Source: Octopus sinensis
Lineage: Eukaryota
Direction of reading: 5' to 3'
NCBI RefSeq assembly: GCF_006345805.1
Contig: NW_021835705.1
Location: 1-38,031, forward strand
Length of the DNA stretch: 38,031 bases
A model generated the notes under the pieces. That model searched no databases. It worked only from the letters and a program-made list of their open reading frames with translations, and had not been told where the DNA came from. The position numbers and the translations under genes were made by a program. This document shows positions 22,403-34,135 of the stretch, piece after piece; position 1 is the stretch's first letter; each line of letters opens with the position of its first letter.

Positions 22403-23220
22403 GAAGATCCAGAAAAATTATATTACATGCATATAAGTGGGATGACCACTAAGTGGACATCCATTATGCTAGAGGTAGACCCTATATGGTCTGACCACCA
22501 AGAAAAGATTGTTCTCAAGAAAATTCAGCAAGCGCGTCTACCTCTAGCATAATGGATGTCCACATCCGTCTTATATGTATGTAATATAATTTTTCTGAAT
22601 TTTCAGATTTTTCAGTATGCTAGACCACTGGTTTTAAATTGATATTAATCAAATTAATATTCAATTTTTCACTATTTAAATTTAAATAACCATATTCTCT
22701 AACCGGCAAAAATTCACTGCAGAAAATTATTTTCTGCAGAATTATTTTCGGTATTTTAGCGCTCTAAAACCAAGACTTTCGAAAGATAACCCCAAATGTA
22801 ATTGGTAGAACTATATGCATGTTCAATCTCATGCGGACGTCCCGTGTATAGTTCTGCAAATTATATTTTGCTATGACGATCACACTGATGAATTACTGAC
22901 ATTTACGTAAGTATTACGTAAGTGTTAACAATGAAACCGGGTTTGTGATTAATCTTTGTATTTTGTATCTTTTCATTTATCTTGCTCGCTTACGTTCGGG
23001 CGTTTGGTGAATTTTTCTGAGAACAATCTTTTCTTAGTGGTCAGACCGTATGGGGTCTACCTCTAGCATAATGGATGTCCACTTAGTAGTCATCCCTCTT
23101 ATATGTATATAATATAATTTTTTCTGAATCTTCAGATTTTTTCAATGTGCTAGGCCACTAGTTTTAAATTGATATTAATCAAATTAATATTCAATTTTTC
23201 ACCCTTACTATTTAAATTTA
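22403..23220 (+). mobile_element. Non-coding Penelope-like / retrozyme-like element with direct and inverted terminal repeats
   Basis: Direct repeat 22536-22684 / 23055-23220 (period ~519 bp). 22403-22535 is an inverted copy of 23000-23134. The internal region holds a hammerhead and no ORF. Confidence 0.75.
22878..22950 (+). ncRNA. Type I hammerhead ribozyme with long helix II and minimal helix III
   Basis: GAUCACA CUGAUGA [AUU-ac-UGACAU-UUACGUAA-gua-UUACGUAA-GUGUUA-ac-AAU] GAAA CC-g-GG UU| UGUGAUU. 7-bp helix I, intact core, predicted GUU cleavage after 22943. Confidence 0.85.
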
Positions 23221-23241
23221 TATATATATATGTGTGTGTGT

Positions 23242-23291
<50 letters not shown>

Positions 23292-23415
23292 GTATATTCA
23301 TATGAATAATCCTTTGCGTGTGTTTTTGGATGAAAGAGAAGTGGGAGAGAGAGTGTAAGAAAAATATATAGAGAGAGCAAGAAAGAGACACAAATAGATA
23401 GTTAGATAGAGAGCT

Positions 23416-23446
<31 letters not shown>

Positions 23447-23835
23447 GAGAGAGAGAGAAAACGAAAGAAAGAAAGAAAGAGAGAGAGAGAAAGAGAGGCG
23501 AAGAAGGAGAAAGAGACTTCCATACCCAAGTTATTCAAATGTTAATAATTCTGCAATAGCCGCCAGATATAATTGTTTTGTTCTGCAGTAATATTGTTCA
23601 AACGTAAAGACACACGAGTTGTCGTCCAAATTTCGAATTTTATCGTCTTTTGTAGCTCGTATTTGAAGCGTTAAGAATGATTAAGAATAATAAATATAAG
23701 ATTGAGATTTGAGCAATAAAGCTCCATCGTTGCTTCGTACAGCATCTTTTGTGAATAGAAATACTTATCAACAGATGATCAGCTCAATTGAATTCAAGCA
23801 CTGAAGAATGGAAGCTGTAACCTCCATATTTCTCC

Positions 23836-24035
23836 ACCCTTTTGATACCAAACTGCTTGAAACCGTACATGAATCTATGACAGAAATTTTCCTGTCTAAA
23901 AGTTATCTAAATTCAAACCTACCAGCGAAATTTTGTGTTATGTTTCAAGCACCAGGTCAATTATTATGAATTTAGTTCATTAAATCTTTAACAATTTAAT
24001 TGAAAGTAAGACAATGTATTTCAACAGAAATAGGC
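23836..24035. mobile_element. Degenerate piggyBac-like MITE fragment
   Basis: Starts CCCTTTTGATACCAA and resembles, from memory, a TTAA-CCC-ended non-autonomous repeat. The TTAA site and right TIR are not preserved. Confidence 0.3.
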
Positions 24036-24246
24036 TTGTTAGATCGCTACAGATAATTAGTTTGCTACAGACAAGAATTGAGCGAGGAACGGTTCGCAAT
24101 GAACACATTCTCCATAAAGACGCTCATTGCATGGCGTTAGTAAAACTAATAAAGGTCACTCGATTCGCCAGAACTGGCAGCTAAGTATCCTGAATTCGTA
24201 TTACCTCTTAAAACAGGGAATATTGGATGTTAGAGTCTCTCATAAA

Positions 24247-24365
24247 TATTAGGGAGTTCTGAGAAGTTCCTGGTTTCGGCTAAAACAAAATACGGGAATA
24301 TCAGTCAATTATGATTTTATTCAACATATTCCCTTCTCAGGTTCACACATTTATGGCATCGGTCT
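24247..24365 (-). mobile_element. Mariner 3' terminal fragment
   Basis: Minus strand encodes RCHKCVNLRREYVE* (mariner RWxKCVxxxGxYVE end) followed by a TIR-like AGGAACTTCTCAGAACTCCCTAATA. Confidence 0.65.
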
Positions 24366-24672
24366 TCTACTATAGCCTCGGGCCGACCAAAGCCTTGTGA
24401 GTGGATTTGGTAGACGGAATCTGAAAGAAGCCCGTCGTATATATGTATGTGTGCGTATATGTTTGTGTATCAGTGTTTGTCCCCCCCTACATCGCTCGAC
24501 AACCGATAGTAGTGTGTTTACGTCCCCGTACCTTAGCGGTTCGGCAAAAGAGACCGATAGAATAAGTACTAGGTTTACAAAGAATAAGTCCTGGGTCAAT
24601 TTGCTCGACTAAAGGTAGTGCTCCAGCATGGCCGGAGTCAAATGACTGAAACAAGTAAAAGGGTAAAAAGAG
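24362..24672 (+). mobile_element. 5'-truncated SINE family B
   Basis: Reverse-complement match to 21401-21710. Confidence 0.88.
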
Positions 24673-25249
24673 TATATATATACGTAAATGTCGAACGCAT
24701 TGGTGAATAGAATTTATATATATTTATATATATTATGCATATATCTATATATGTGTATATATATAGTATATATAATATATATGTTTATACACATCCACTT
24801 TAGTACACTTATGTCCACATGTGATCAGTTACACATTCACGCAAACATATACGTGTGTGTGTGTGTGCGTGTGCTGTTTGCTTCTGTGCGCAAGTGTATT
24901 GCTTGTTTTTGCGTGCGTGTGTGCATTTACCTGTACATACAAATGTTCTGTTTATCAGCTATTACGATAGAACAACCCTTCAACATGTGACAGACCAGAT
25001 ATAGATATAATTTAGGCAGAAGGTGATTCATTGCGAAATAAATTCAAGGCTATCATCTCGTTACGAGTCAGCTTGAGTGGAGATTTTCTCAGCGGAACGA
25101 AAATACGAAGAGCTTTCTGATAAAGCCACACTGATACACACTCACACACATTATATATATATGTATGTATATATATATGTTGTGTGTGTATATATGTATA
25201 TATATATGTGTATGTATATATGTATATATATAATATATATATATATATA

Positions 25250-25288
<39 letters not shown>

Positions 25289-25394
25289 TATATGTATGTA
25301 TGTATATATATATATATATCTATATATATATATATATATATATCTATATATATATATGTGTGTGTGTGTATGTATATATATATATATGTGTGTG

Positions 25395-25437
<43 letters not shown>

Positions 25438-25476
25438 ATGTATATATATATATAGATATATATATATATATATGTG

Positions 25477-25515
<39 letters not shown>

Positions 25516-25601
25516 ATGTATAATATATATATATTATATATATATATATGTGTGTGTGTATGTATATATATATATATATATCTATATGTGTATATATATA
25601 G

Positions 25602-25634
<33 letters not shown>

Positions 25635-25637
25635 AGT

Positions 25638-25673
<36 letters not shown>

Positions 25674-26104
25674 CTTATGTATGTATGTATTACGTGTACG
25701 TGATTGGCTACGGTTTATCATGTTGCAGTTGTCGTTATCAGATACCTCCTGCCAAGTTTAAGCTAAGCCTAATACGAAGGTTTTCTTTATCTTAACGAGA
25801 GCAGATCTGGTGAAGAACTTGAAGAAAGTATAAAATAAAGATTGATAATGGTGTGACATGTAATATGAAGGAAAGAAAAAAAAAACGGTTCGAATCATGG
25901 GCAAAATATTTCACGTACGCAAATACTGTGAGCTGAGTGCTCTTGTTTTGGCCCCTCAAATGCGAACGAAGCATAGGGGCGTGTTTCGGGCATTTTGAAA
26001 TCTGGCGGAATCTATCATTCTCCAAGCTGTAAGTGTGTGTGTGTGAATGCGATCAGTGTGATCTGAATGGGGTCGAACCACAAGGCGTAAATTCGCTGCT
26101 TTAT

Positions 26105-26316
26105 TCTTTTGTACTCTAGGCACCAGGCCCGAAACTTTCGGGAAGGGGGGTGGGCACTCGGTTAGTTCGACCATGGTATGCAACTGGTACTTAATTTATC
26201 GACCCCGAAATGATGAAAGGTAAAATCGACTTCAGCGGAATTTGAACTCAGAACGTAAAGACAGACCGCTAAGTATTTCGTCTGGTGTGCTAACGATTCA
26301 GCCAGCACGCCGCCTT
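26105..26316 (-). mobile_element. SINE family A variant (different 3' tail) with 17-bp target-site duplication
   Basis: Head and core as family A. Flanked by TAAATTCGCTGCTTTAT (26088-26104) and TAAATTCGTTGCTTTAT (26316-26332). Confidence 0.88.
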
Positions 26317-29300
26317 AAATTCGTTGCTTTATGGAATAATCTGTAAATGACTCAATGGTATGATAAAAAAATGTATATTATAAGAATGTATATGAATATA
26401 ATAACAACTCATAACGTGCTGGTACTTAAGAAATAATGTCGAATATGCAGTAAATTAACCATATTTTTAGAACGTGAGATAGAATGACAAGTAGCATTTA
26501 GTCCGGTCATCTGTGCTCTGAGTTCAAATCCCATTGAGATCATCTTCGCCTTTCATTCTTTCAGGATCGATAATCAAATTATTAGTCTAGTGCTCGGATC
26601 GATTTCTTTTTCTTTCATCCTGTCTTACTATCTTTATAGCTGGGAAAATTTGACATGGTGAAATTTAGAAAAGACTAGACTGCGGTAGAGTTTAAAGTCC
26701 AAGACCTTCTAGATATACGGAAAGCACCTCTTCGACTCCGACAAGAGTTGAAGAATCCAAGGCAAGGAAAGATAAATAAGGTCCAGCCGTTAACCTTGCA
26801 CCTTTATGTAAACGAGTTACGATTGGTTAAGTCATGTTAGTATTTTCAAAATAACTCTAGACTCCTTCAACTGATCGGGAGGAAGAAATAAGTGAATACA
26901 GATCTATGTATAGACAGCGAAGCTCGTCGATTCGTTCTTCAATCCAAGATGCTGAGAAAAAAACTGTTGGTCAAAACGCAACACTTAAACGTATATCGAT
27001 ATATCTTAGTATACACAGACAGTTACTTATAACAAAGAGTGCGGTGGTACATAGTAACCGACGTTTAAATGATGCTTTTATATCCTTAGTTTCGAAGAAA
27101 ACCGATCTTGTTCAAGTAAAACCAATGTAAATTTATGCCTAAAATGGACGACAAGATGTATCTCTTGGGTTTTGATAGTAGTTGAACTGATTTGTGCTTG
27201 TAAAAAAATTAACATACAAAAACAATGAGAGATTAACCAACTTTAATATGAACTTGAAATGGCAATAAATGTTTCGACCTCAACTGGGAATCGGAATCTT
27301 TTTGCGCTTCCGTTTCATTCTTTTAGTTTTACTGAATTTATGTATTGTTTTGCATAACATATAATATCTTATTTCGGCGTCCGACCGAAGCATCATGGGT
27401 TCCGAGAATTATTCATGTGACAAGGCGTAACTTGGGTACATTTTATTGAACAAAATGTTTGTGATGCTAATCATTATCTTTGCCTTTCCTTTTTTTTTTT
27501 TTTTTGGTCTTCTTTGCTACAACAATTTGAATACCCGGCGCTTTGATGACGACAGAATGGTGAAATTATAAATTTAAATTGTCTCTCTATCAGAAATGCA
27601 ACGGTTAATAAAATACAAATTATATTCAGTTCAAATACAAATAGTCTTTGAAAGAATTGGAAGGTTATTAAGTCTACCACTATTTTCAGTTCTTTTTTTA
27701 AAGTAAATTTTACATCGGACCGTTTTTAAATGAGCGAATCATTAAAATTTACGTCGCTTTTCCCAGGAAATGCTTAATAAATCATCTTTCAAGATTTTTT
27801 AACCAAAAGTATTTTAGAAATATCAATTTCAAATTCTGTATTTCAGTACATATATTGTACAATATTTGTATTTACTTACAAGACTTTTCAAGAAACAATC
27901 TTCTTAATCCCGATCTTATTTTCATCATGGTAAATTTGTCCACTTTGAAAGAGATTTGGCTGCTATTTCTAGCAGGGTGATAACTATAGAGAAGTCCTCA
28001 CATTTTTTAAATCTGTATGAATATTCGTATTATTTTCGGCGGAGGATGTATGTCAAAAAACATTATTTTACCATAATTTTCTCCACAATATTACTTAACA
28101 TGTCAGTGAAATTGCAATCTGTGAGTGGAACAGTAAAAATATTGAAGACTTTTCTCAAGTTCCAAATGTGAATTTGTCTGTGTTAACTACGTCCCAAAGA
28201 TGGAGCCTGGTATCTTTGTTGGAAACCGGCTCCCTCCTCAGTAGAAGATTTATAATAATTAAAAAATAGAACACACGCGCGCGCGCACACACACATATCC
28301 TATAAACATATACAATGTAAATCACAGACATATGCTTGATACTTCATTTGTAATTATGTATTTAATGAATGACGTATAATTATCAAGACTACACTTTCGA
28401 ATTTCAGTTTGTATTTTTGACATATTTTAAATATATTTATAAAATTATTTTTCTGGTGCTGTAATCCTCACCACACAGCCAGTCAGTGTAGTTTTTTTAG
28501 AATATTCAATTTAGAATCCATCCACTGTTGTATTTAACATACTTTCAATGACCTGAAATGCTGTGGGGGAACAGTAAGTCGATAAAATGTTTGTTTTATC
28601 GACTCGGAGAGATGAAAAGTAAACTTGATTCCGGTAGGATTTTAATTCAAAACATGGTACCAGAACAAATAAACTAACACTCCGTCGGTTAAAGCAACGA
28701 GGGTCTTGTATCGCACGTTCGACGTACGATATAACGGGATAATAATTAGGTCCTCGCAAATCGTCTACTGAAGATACTGGTTACAACTCTCGGCTTTACG
28801 CAGCCCCAATGACACTCGGTTTCTTTATTCGCCACAAGAGCCCAAACATAGAGGGGACAAACAGGGACAGACAGGACACCACAGAGGGGACAATACATAG
28901 AACGAATATGATGAGATGATTATACAATAATGGGGTTATGAATGGCTGCATGCGCCCCTCATCACATGCATTACCATTAATCTTTTTAAACTGTCCGTTT
29001 TTATCATGTATTTACATAACAATTAATTATCGTCTACCATTACAATTATTTGAACCGTTATATTTTTCTCTAAAATTGTTCTTCTATTTTCCGATATTAT
29101 TAAACATAACATAAAACACTTACTCTTTCTTTTTTTCCTTCTTTTTCTTTTAACCCTAATAACGCTCTTACACTCTCTGCGCATGTCCATTTATATTGTG
29201 GCACCGTCCATTAGGAACCAACCAATAGGGGTGATTCTTGGAATAGCCTGCTCGTGAAATTAACGTGTAAGTGACTGAGCATTCCACAGACACGCGTACT

Positions 29301-29334
29301 CTTTACATAGTGTGTGTGTGTGTGTGTGTGTAAT

Positions 29335-30236
29335 TCGACTGCGTCTGCAAAGAAGTGCGTGGTCTGGCATTGTCGTAATGAAAAGCAATGTCCTTACCAT
29401 TAACAAGTACTGGATGGTTCTGGTGGATCGCTGCGCTTAATTTGTCTAGCTAGTTACAATACACTTCCGAGATAATAGTCCTGTCTGCGAGAAAAAAGCT
29501 TGTAAAAGACATCCTTCCAATCTCATCAAAATGAAAGCATAATCTTCTTCAGGTAAAGCCCTGGTTTGGAGGTTGTTAGTTATGGTTCACAGCACTTCCT
29601 CCATCACCGATAGGGCTTCGCATTGCTGTAAACGGTCCATTTTTCGCTCCCTGTCACTATTCTAATGAAAAAAGGATTCTTTTCTTCACGTTTCTGCAAC
29701 GAATTTCAGATGGAAATCCTTTGGATGAGGATAGCCTCATTCAAATGAGGTGGGACCCTGCTGATGTAAGCAAATTGATGTAGATGGTTTTCAACAATCG
29801 ATTTGAATAATAGGAGAATATCTACGATCATCCTGGTCGTATAACAGGAGTTGGTATTGATTGCTCTTTAATTTTCTCGCTGGTAATCTCAGTTAGTCGT
29901 CCAATGAGAAGTTCATCTTGAACGCAAAAATGTCTCGATCGAAATCTGGAGATCCACTTCCAACACACAGGTTCCATAACAGTCTCCTTTTCATACAAAA
30001 TACATAACTTCCTGCAGATTTCTAGCGGTTTCTGGCCATTTTTTTTAAATAGGAGAAAGTGTGAGGTGTCGATAATGTTCGTTTCGGCTCTCCATTTTCA
30101 GAGCGACCTCAAGGATACAAAATTCATCAAAATATCTAACGAATTCACATGGGCAAGGAACAGATTAAAGTTTGTTACTTATTCGAGTCCTAGTTTAATG
30201 TCGACAAAAATCGAACGACCATTTTGGCCAATCCAG
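29335..30236 (-). mobile_element. Degenerate mariner transposon, 3'-truncated
   Basis: Left TIR TA|CTGGATTGGCCAAAATGGTCGTTCGATTTT (30236 downward). ATG at 30095 gives MESRNEHYRHLTLF...; later RIVTG and FHYDNARPRTS. Ends at the (TG)n tract at 29311-29331. Confidence 0.85.
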
Positions 30237-30257
30237 TATGTGTATATATGCTTGCTT

Positions 30258-30434
30258 GTATGTATGTATGTATGTATGTATGTATGTATGTATGTATGTA
30301 TGTATGTATGATGTATGTATGTATGTATGTATGTATGTATGTATGTATGTATGGATGTAAGTATGTATGTATGGATATATGTATGCATGTATGTATGTAT
30401 GTATGTATGTATGGATGTAAGTATGTATGTATGG

Positions 30435-30467
<33 letters not shown>

Positions 30468-30880
30468 TGTATGTATGTATGGATGTATGGATGGATGTAA
30501 GTATGTATGTATGTATGTATGTATGTATGTATGTATGTATGTATGCATGTATGTATATATTTATGTATGTATGTAAGTATGTATGTATGTATTTATGTAT
30601 GTATGTATGTATGTATGTACGCATATATTATGCATGTATGTATGTATATATGTATGGATGTATGTATATATGTATGTATGTACTATGTATGTACGGATGT
30701 ATGTATGTATGTATGTATGTACACGCGTGTGTGCATGAATATATGTGGATGTGCTTGAATGTATGTAGGTATGTGTGTTTGTGTGTGTGTGAATGTGCGT
30801 GTATGTGTATGTGGGTGCTTGCATGCATGTAGGTATGTGTGTTTGTGTGCGTGTGTGTGTATGTGGGTGCTTGCATGCAT
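30258..30880. repeat. (TATG)n microsatellite with local ~60-bp higher-order duplication
   Basis: Direct reading. The variant block GTATGGATGTAAGTATGTATGTATGGATATATG recurs at 30349 and 30409. Confidence 0.92.
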
Positions 30881-31478
30881 GTACGCTTGTATCGTTCGGC
30901 AATTTATATAAATGAAATGCATAAATACCAGCAAGAAAAGCGGGCGCCCCTCCCCACCTCCCGGTCATTTCGATCAATCTCGTTTGTGAGATATCAGTTT
31001 GGTATGCGGCGCACATACGGACCCTTGTTGCTCTTAACGTTGCGAAATCTGTTGGAGCGTTTTAAATAATTACAGCCATTCTTCCCAGAATGCTGCATGA
31101 AATATAAGGAAACCTTAGCTGTAATCCTAACGAGTCTACGCTATTCTTAAGTTTCATCGATAGCGCTTGAAATAAAACACCATCTAATCCTTAACCCAGA
31201 TCTCCGATTGGATAACGCCTCAGATACTAACAAACAAACATGCAAGCAAACAAACTACAGACTGTATTCCATCGTAAGCTTGTTCGAGCAGAACTGACCT
31301 GGCGGTAAGCAATAATAATAGTGATTCATAATCTAGATATGGGTATTAAATCAGTCGTATGTGAGATAGCTAGCGACGTTTCTACGTCAAGGAATAGTTA
31401 TACAAACAATTCAGACGGTGGAATAAATTAGTTCTATGCCGTGAAGACGAACGCGAGTCTAAATTTAGGTCTAGATAA

Positions 31479-31543
<65 letters not shown>

Positions 31544-31575
31544 ATGAGAGAGGGAGAGAAAAAGATACATGTATG

Positions 31576-32489
31576 ATCAACCTCAGTACGCAACGGGTAC
31601 TTAATTTTATCGAACTCGAAAGAATGAAAGGCAAAGTCGACCTCAGCGGAATTTGAACTCGGAATGTAGCGGCAGACGAAATACCTATTTCTATTTCTTT
31701 ACTACCCACAAGGGGCTAAACATAGAGAGGACAAGCAAGGACAGACAAACAGATTAAGTCGATTACATCGACCTCAGTGCATAACTGGTACTTATTTAAT
31801 CGACCCCGAAAGGATGGAAGGCAAAGTCGACCTCGGCGGAATATGAACTCAGAACGTAGCGGCAGACGAAATACCTATTTCTATTTCTTTACTACCTACA
31901 AGGGGCTAAACATAGAGAGGACAAGCAAGGACAGACAAACAGATTAAGTCGATTACATCGACCCCAGTGCATAACTGGTACTTATTTAATCGACTCCGAA
32001 AGGATGGAAGGCAAAGTCGACCTCGGCGGAATATGAACTCAGAACGTAGCGGCAGACGAAATACCTATTTCTATTTCTTTACTACCTACAAGGGGCTAAA
32101 CATAGAGAGGACAAGCAAGGACAGACAAACAGATTAAGTCGATTACATCGACCCCAGTGCATAACTGGTACTTATTTAATCGACCCCGAAAGGATGGAAG
32201 GCAAAGTCGACCTCGGCGGAATATGAACTCAGAACGTAGCGGCAGACTGAATACCTATTTCTTTACTACCCACAAGGGGCTAAACACGGAGAGGACAAAC
32301 AAGGACAGACAAACGGATTAAGTCGATGTAATCAACCCTAGCGCGTTACTGGTACTTAATTTATCGACCCCCGAAAGGATGAAAGGCAAAGTCGACCACG
32401 GCGGAATTTGAACTCAGAACGTAGCGGCAGACGAAATACCGCTAGGTATTTCTCCCGGCGTGCTAACGTTTCTGCCAGCTCGCCGCCTT
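31576..32489 (-). mobile_element. SINE family A head-to-tail multimer (~5 units, 190-bp period)
   Basis: Junction ATACCTATTTC at 31681, 31871, 32061 and 32251. Single head at 32436-32489. Confidence 0.93.
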
Positions 32490-33078
32490 GAGGTACCTCG
32501 TATATACCCGAAGTGCTGTATTCCTTCACTTGAAGAACTGAAACGCATTATTCGAGAAGTTAGAGGCCTTAATGAGGCAGGCTTTGAAAATACGACTTAC
32601 GACTTGGCTTGTCAGCAAAGAGATTCGTACATTACACGACTTGCCTGCAGTATGACACAATATAGGATAATTCAATGGTTTCTTTATATTAAATTTTCTA
32701 ATTCAACACAAAATAGCTGGAAGGTTCAAGTTACTTCATTATGTTTCCATCATAGATTTCCGAAAGAGCACGTAGCCGTTGCAAAATCCTAAAGATAATT
32801 TCTCTTACAACTTTCTATAATTCTAATAATAAACACACCAATAAATACATACATATATGTAGCATAAATATATATATATAATACTTATATATATATTATA
32901 TACTATATACATACATGCATATATAATATATAATATATATATATATATATAGAATATAGATATATATATATATTATATACATACGTGGCATACATATATA
33001 TATATATATATAATATATATATATATATATACATACGTGCATACATATATATATATATATATATATTTATTATTATAT

Positions 33079-33173
33079 AAGGAGCTTCTACAGGACTAGA
33101 ACTGTTTCATTCAAGAGAAATCTTCAGAAGATTTCTCTTGAATGAAACAGTTCTAGTCCTGTAGAAGCTCCTT
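33079..33173. repeat. Perfect 47-bp-arm palindrome (1-nt spacer) at the start of a Penelope-like fragment extending to ~33254
   Basis: 33079-33125 is the exact reverse complement of 33127-33173, with centre A33126. Confidence 0.95.
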
Positions 33174-33259
33174 CTATATAATAAATTAATTTACTCTACT
33201 ATGTATTGAGTACCTTATTTACTGTGGTTAACCCCGAATCAACCCGGGACCTACATATA

Positions 33260-33302
<43 letters not shown>

Positions 33303-33413
33303 ACATACATATATATACAGTTTATACATATATATATATTATACATACATATATATATACATACATATATATATACATACTATATATATACATCCATATA
33401 TATACATACATAC

Positions 33414-33475
<62 letters not shown>

Positions 33476-33812
33476 GATATTGTGTGCATGTTTATATGTA
33501 CTTCTTTTTCTTGGACTCACTAATGCTTCTTCACACAATATTTAATTATATGACTTCAGTTGTGCTTGATACTTTTAATTTTGTTGGTAGGATTGTTGTT
33601 GTTGTTGTCCTTCTTCTTGTCATTTTCCCTGGCCATTTGCTGTGTTTTAAGAATGCGCTAAGTGTAGTTTCTATTTTCGTAGCTTTTGACGCAGATGTAA
33701 TATTCTACGGGGCTTTATATACCTGTCGTTTATATCTCCGACTCCAAATATAATAAAGGAATAACACACACCACACACACACATATATATATATACACAC
33801 ATTTATGCATTC

Positions 33813-33855
<43 letters not shown>

Positions 33856-33882
33856 TATATATATATACAATACATGACACAC

Positions 33883-34037
33883 ATGCGTGTCTGTGTGATA
33901 AGAAGCTTGCTTCCCAACTATATGGTTCCGGGTTCAGTCCCACTGCGTGGCACCTAGGGCAAGTGTTTTTTACTATAGCCTCGGACCGACCGATGCATTA
34001 TGACTGGATTTGGTTGAAGAAAACTGAGAGAAGCCCG

Positions 34038-34079
<42 letters not shown>

Positions 34080-34135
34080 ATATGTATGTGTGTGTGTGTG
34101 TGTTTCTGTGTGTGTATTCATGTGTATGTATGTTA
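33883..34135 (+). mobile_element. SINE family B, 5' half
   Basis: CTGTGTGATAAGAAGCTTGCTTCCCAAC...GGTTCAGTCCCACTGCGTGGCACCTAGGGCAAGTG, homologous to 21640-21797. Confidence 0.85.

Noticed and set aside
25077-25761. Long YIYI/VCVC/MYVC ORFs here and at 2459-2930, 11155-12060 and 30066-31016
   Set aside because: Translations of (TA)n, (TG)n and (TATG)n microsatellites.
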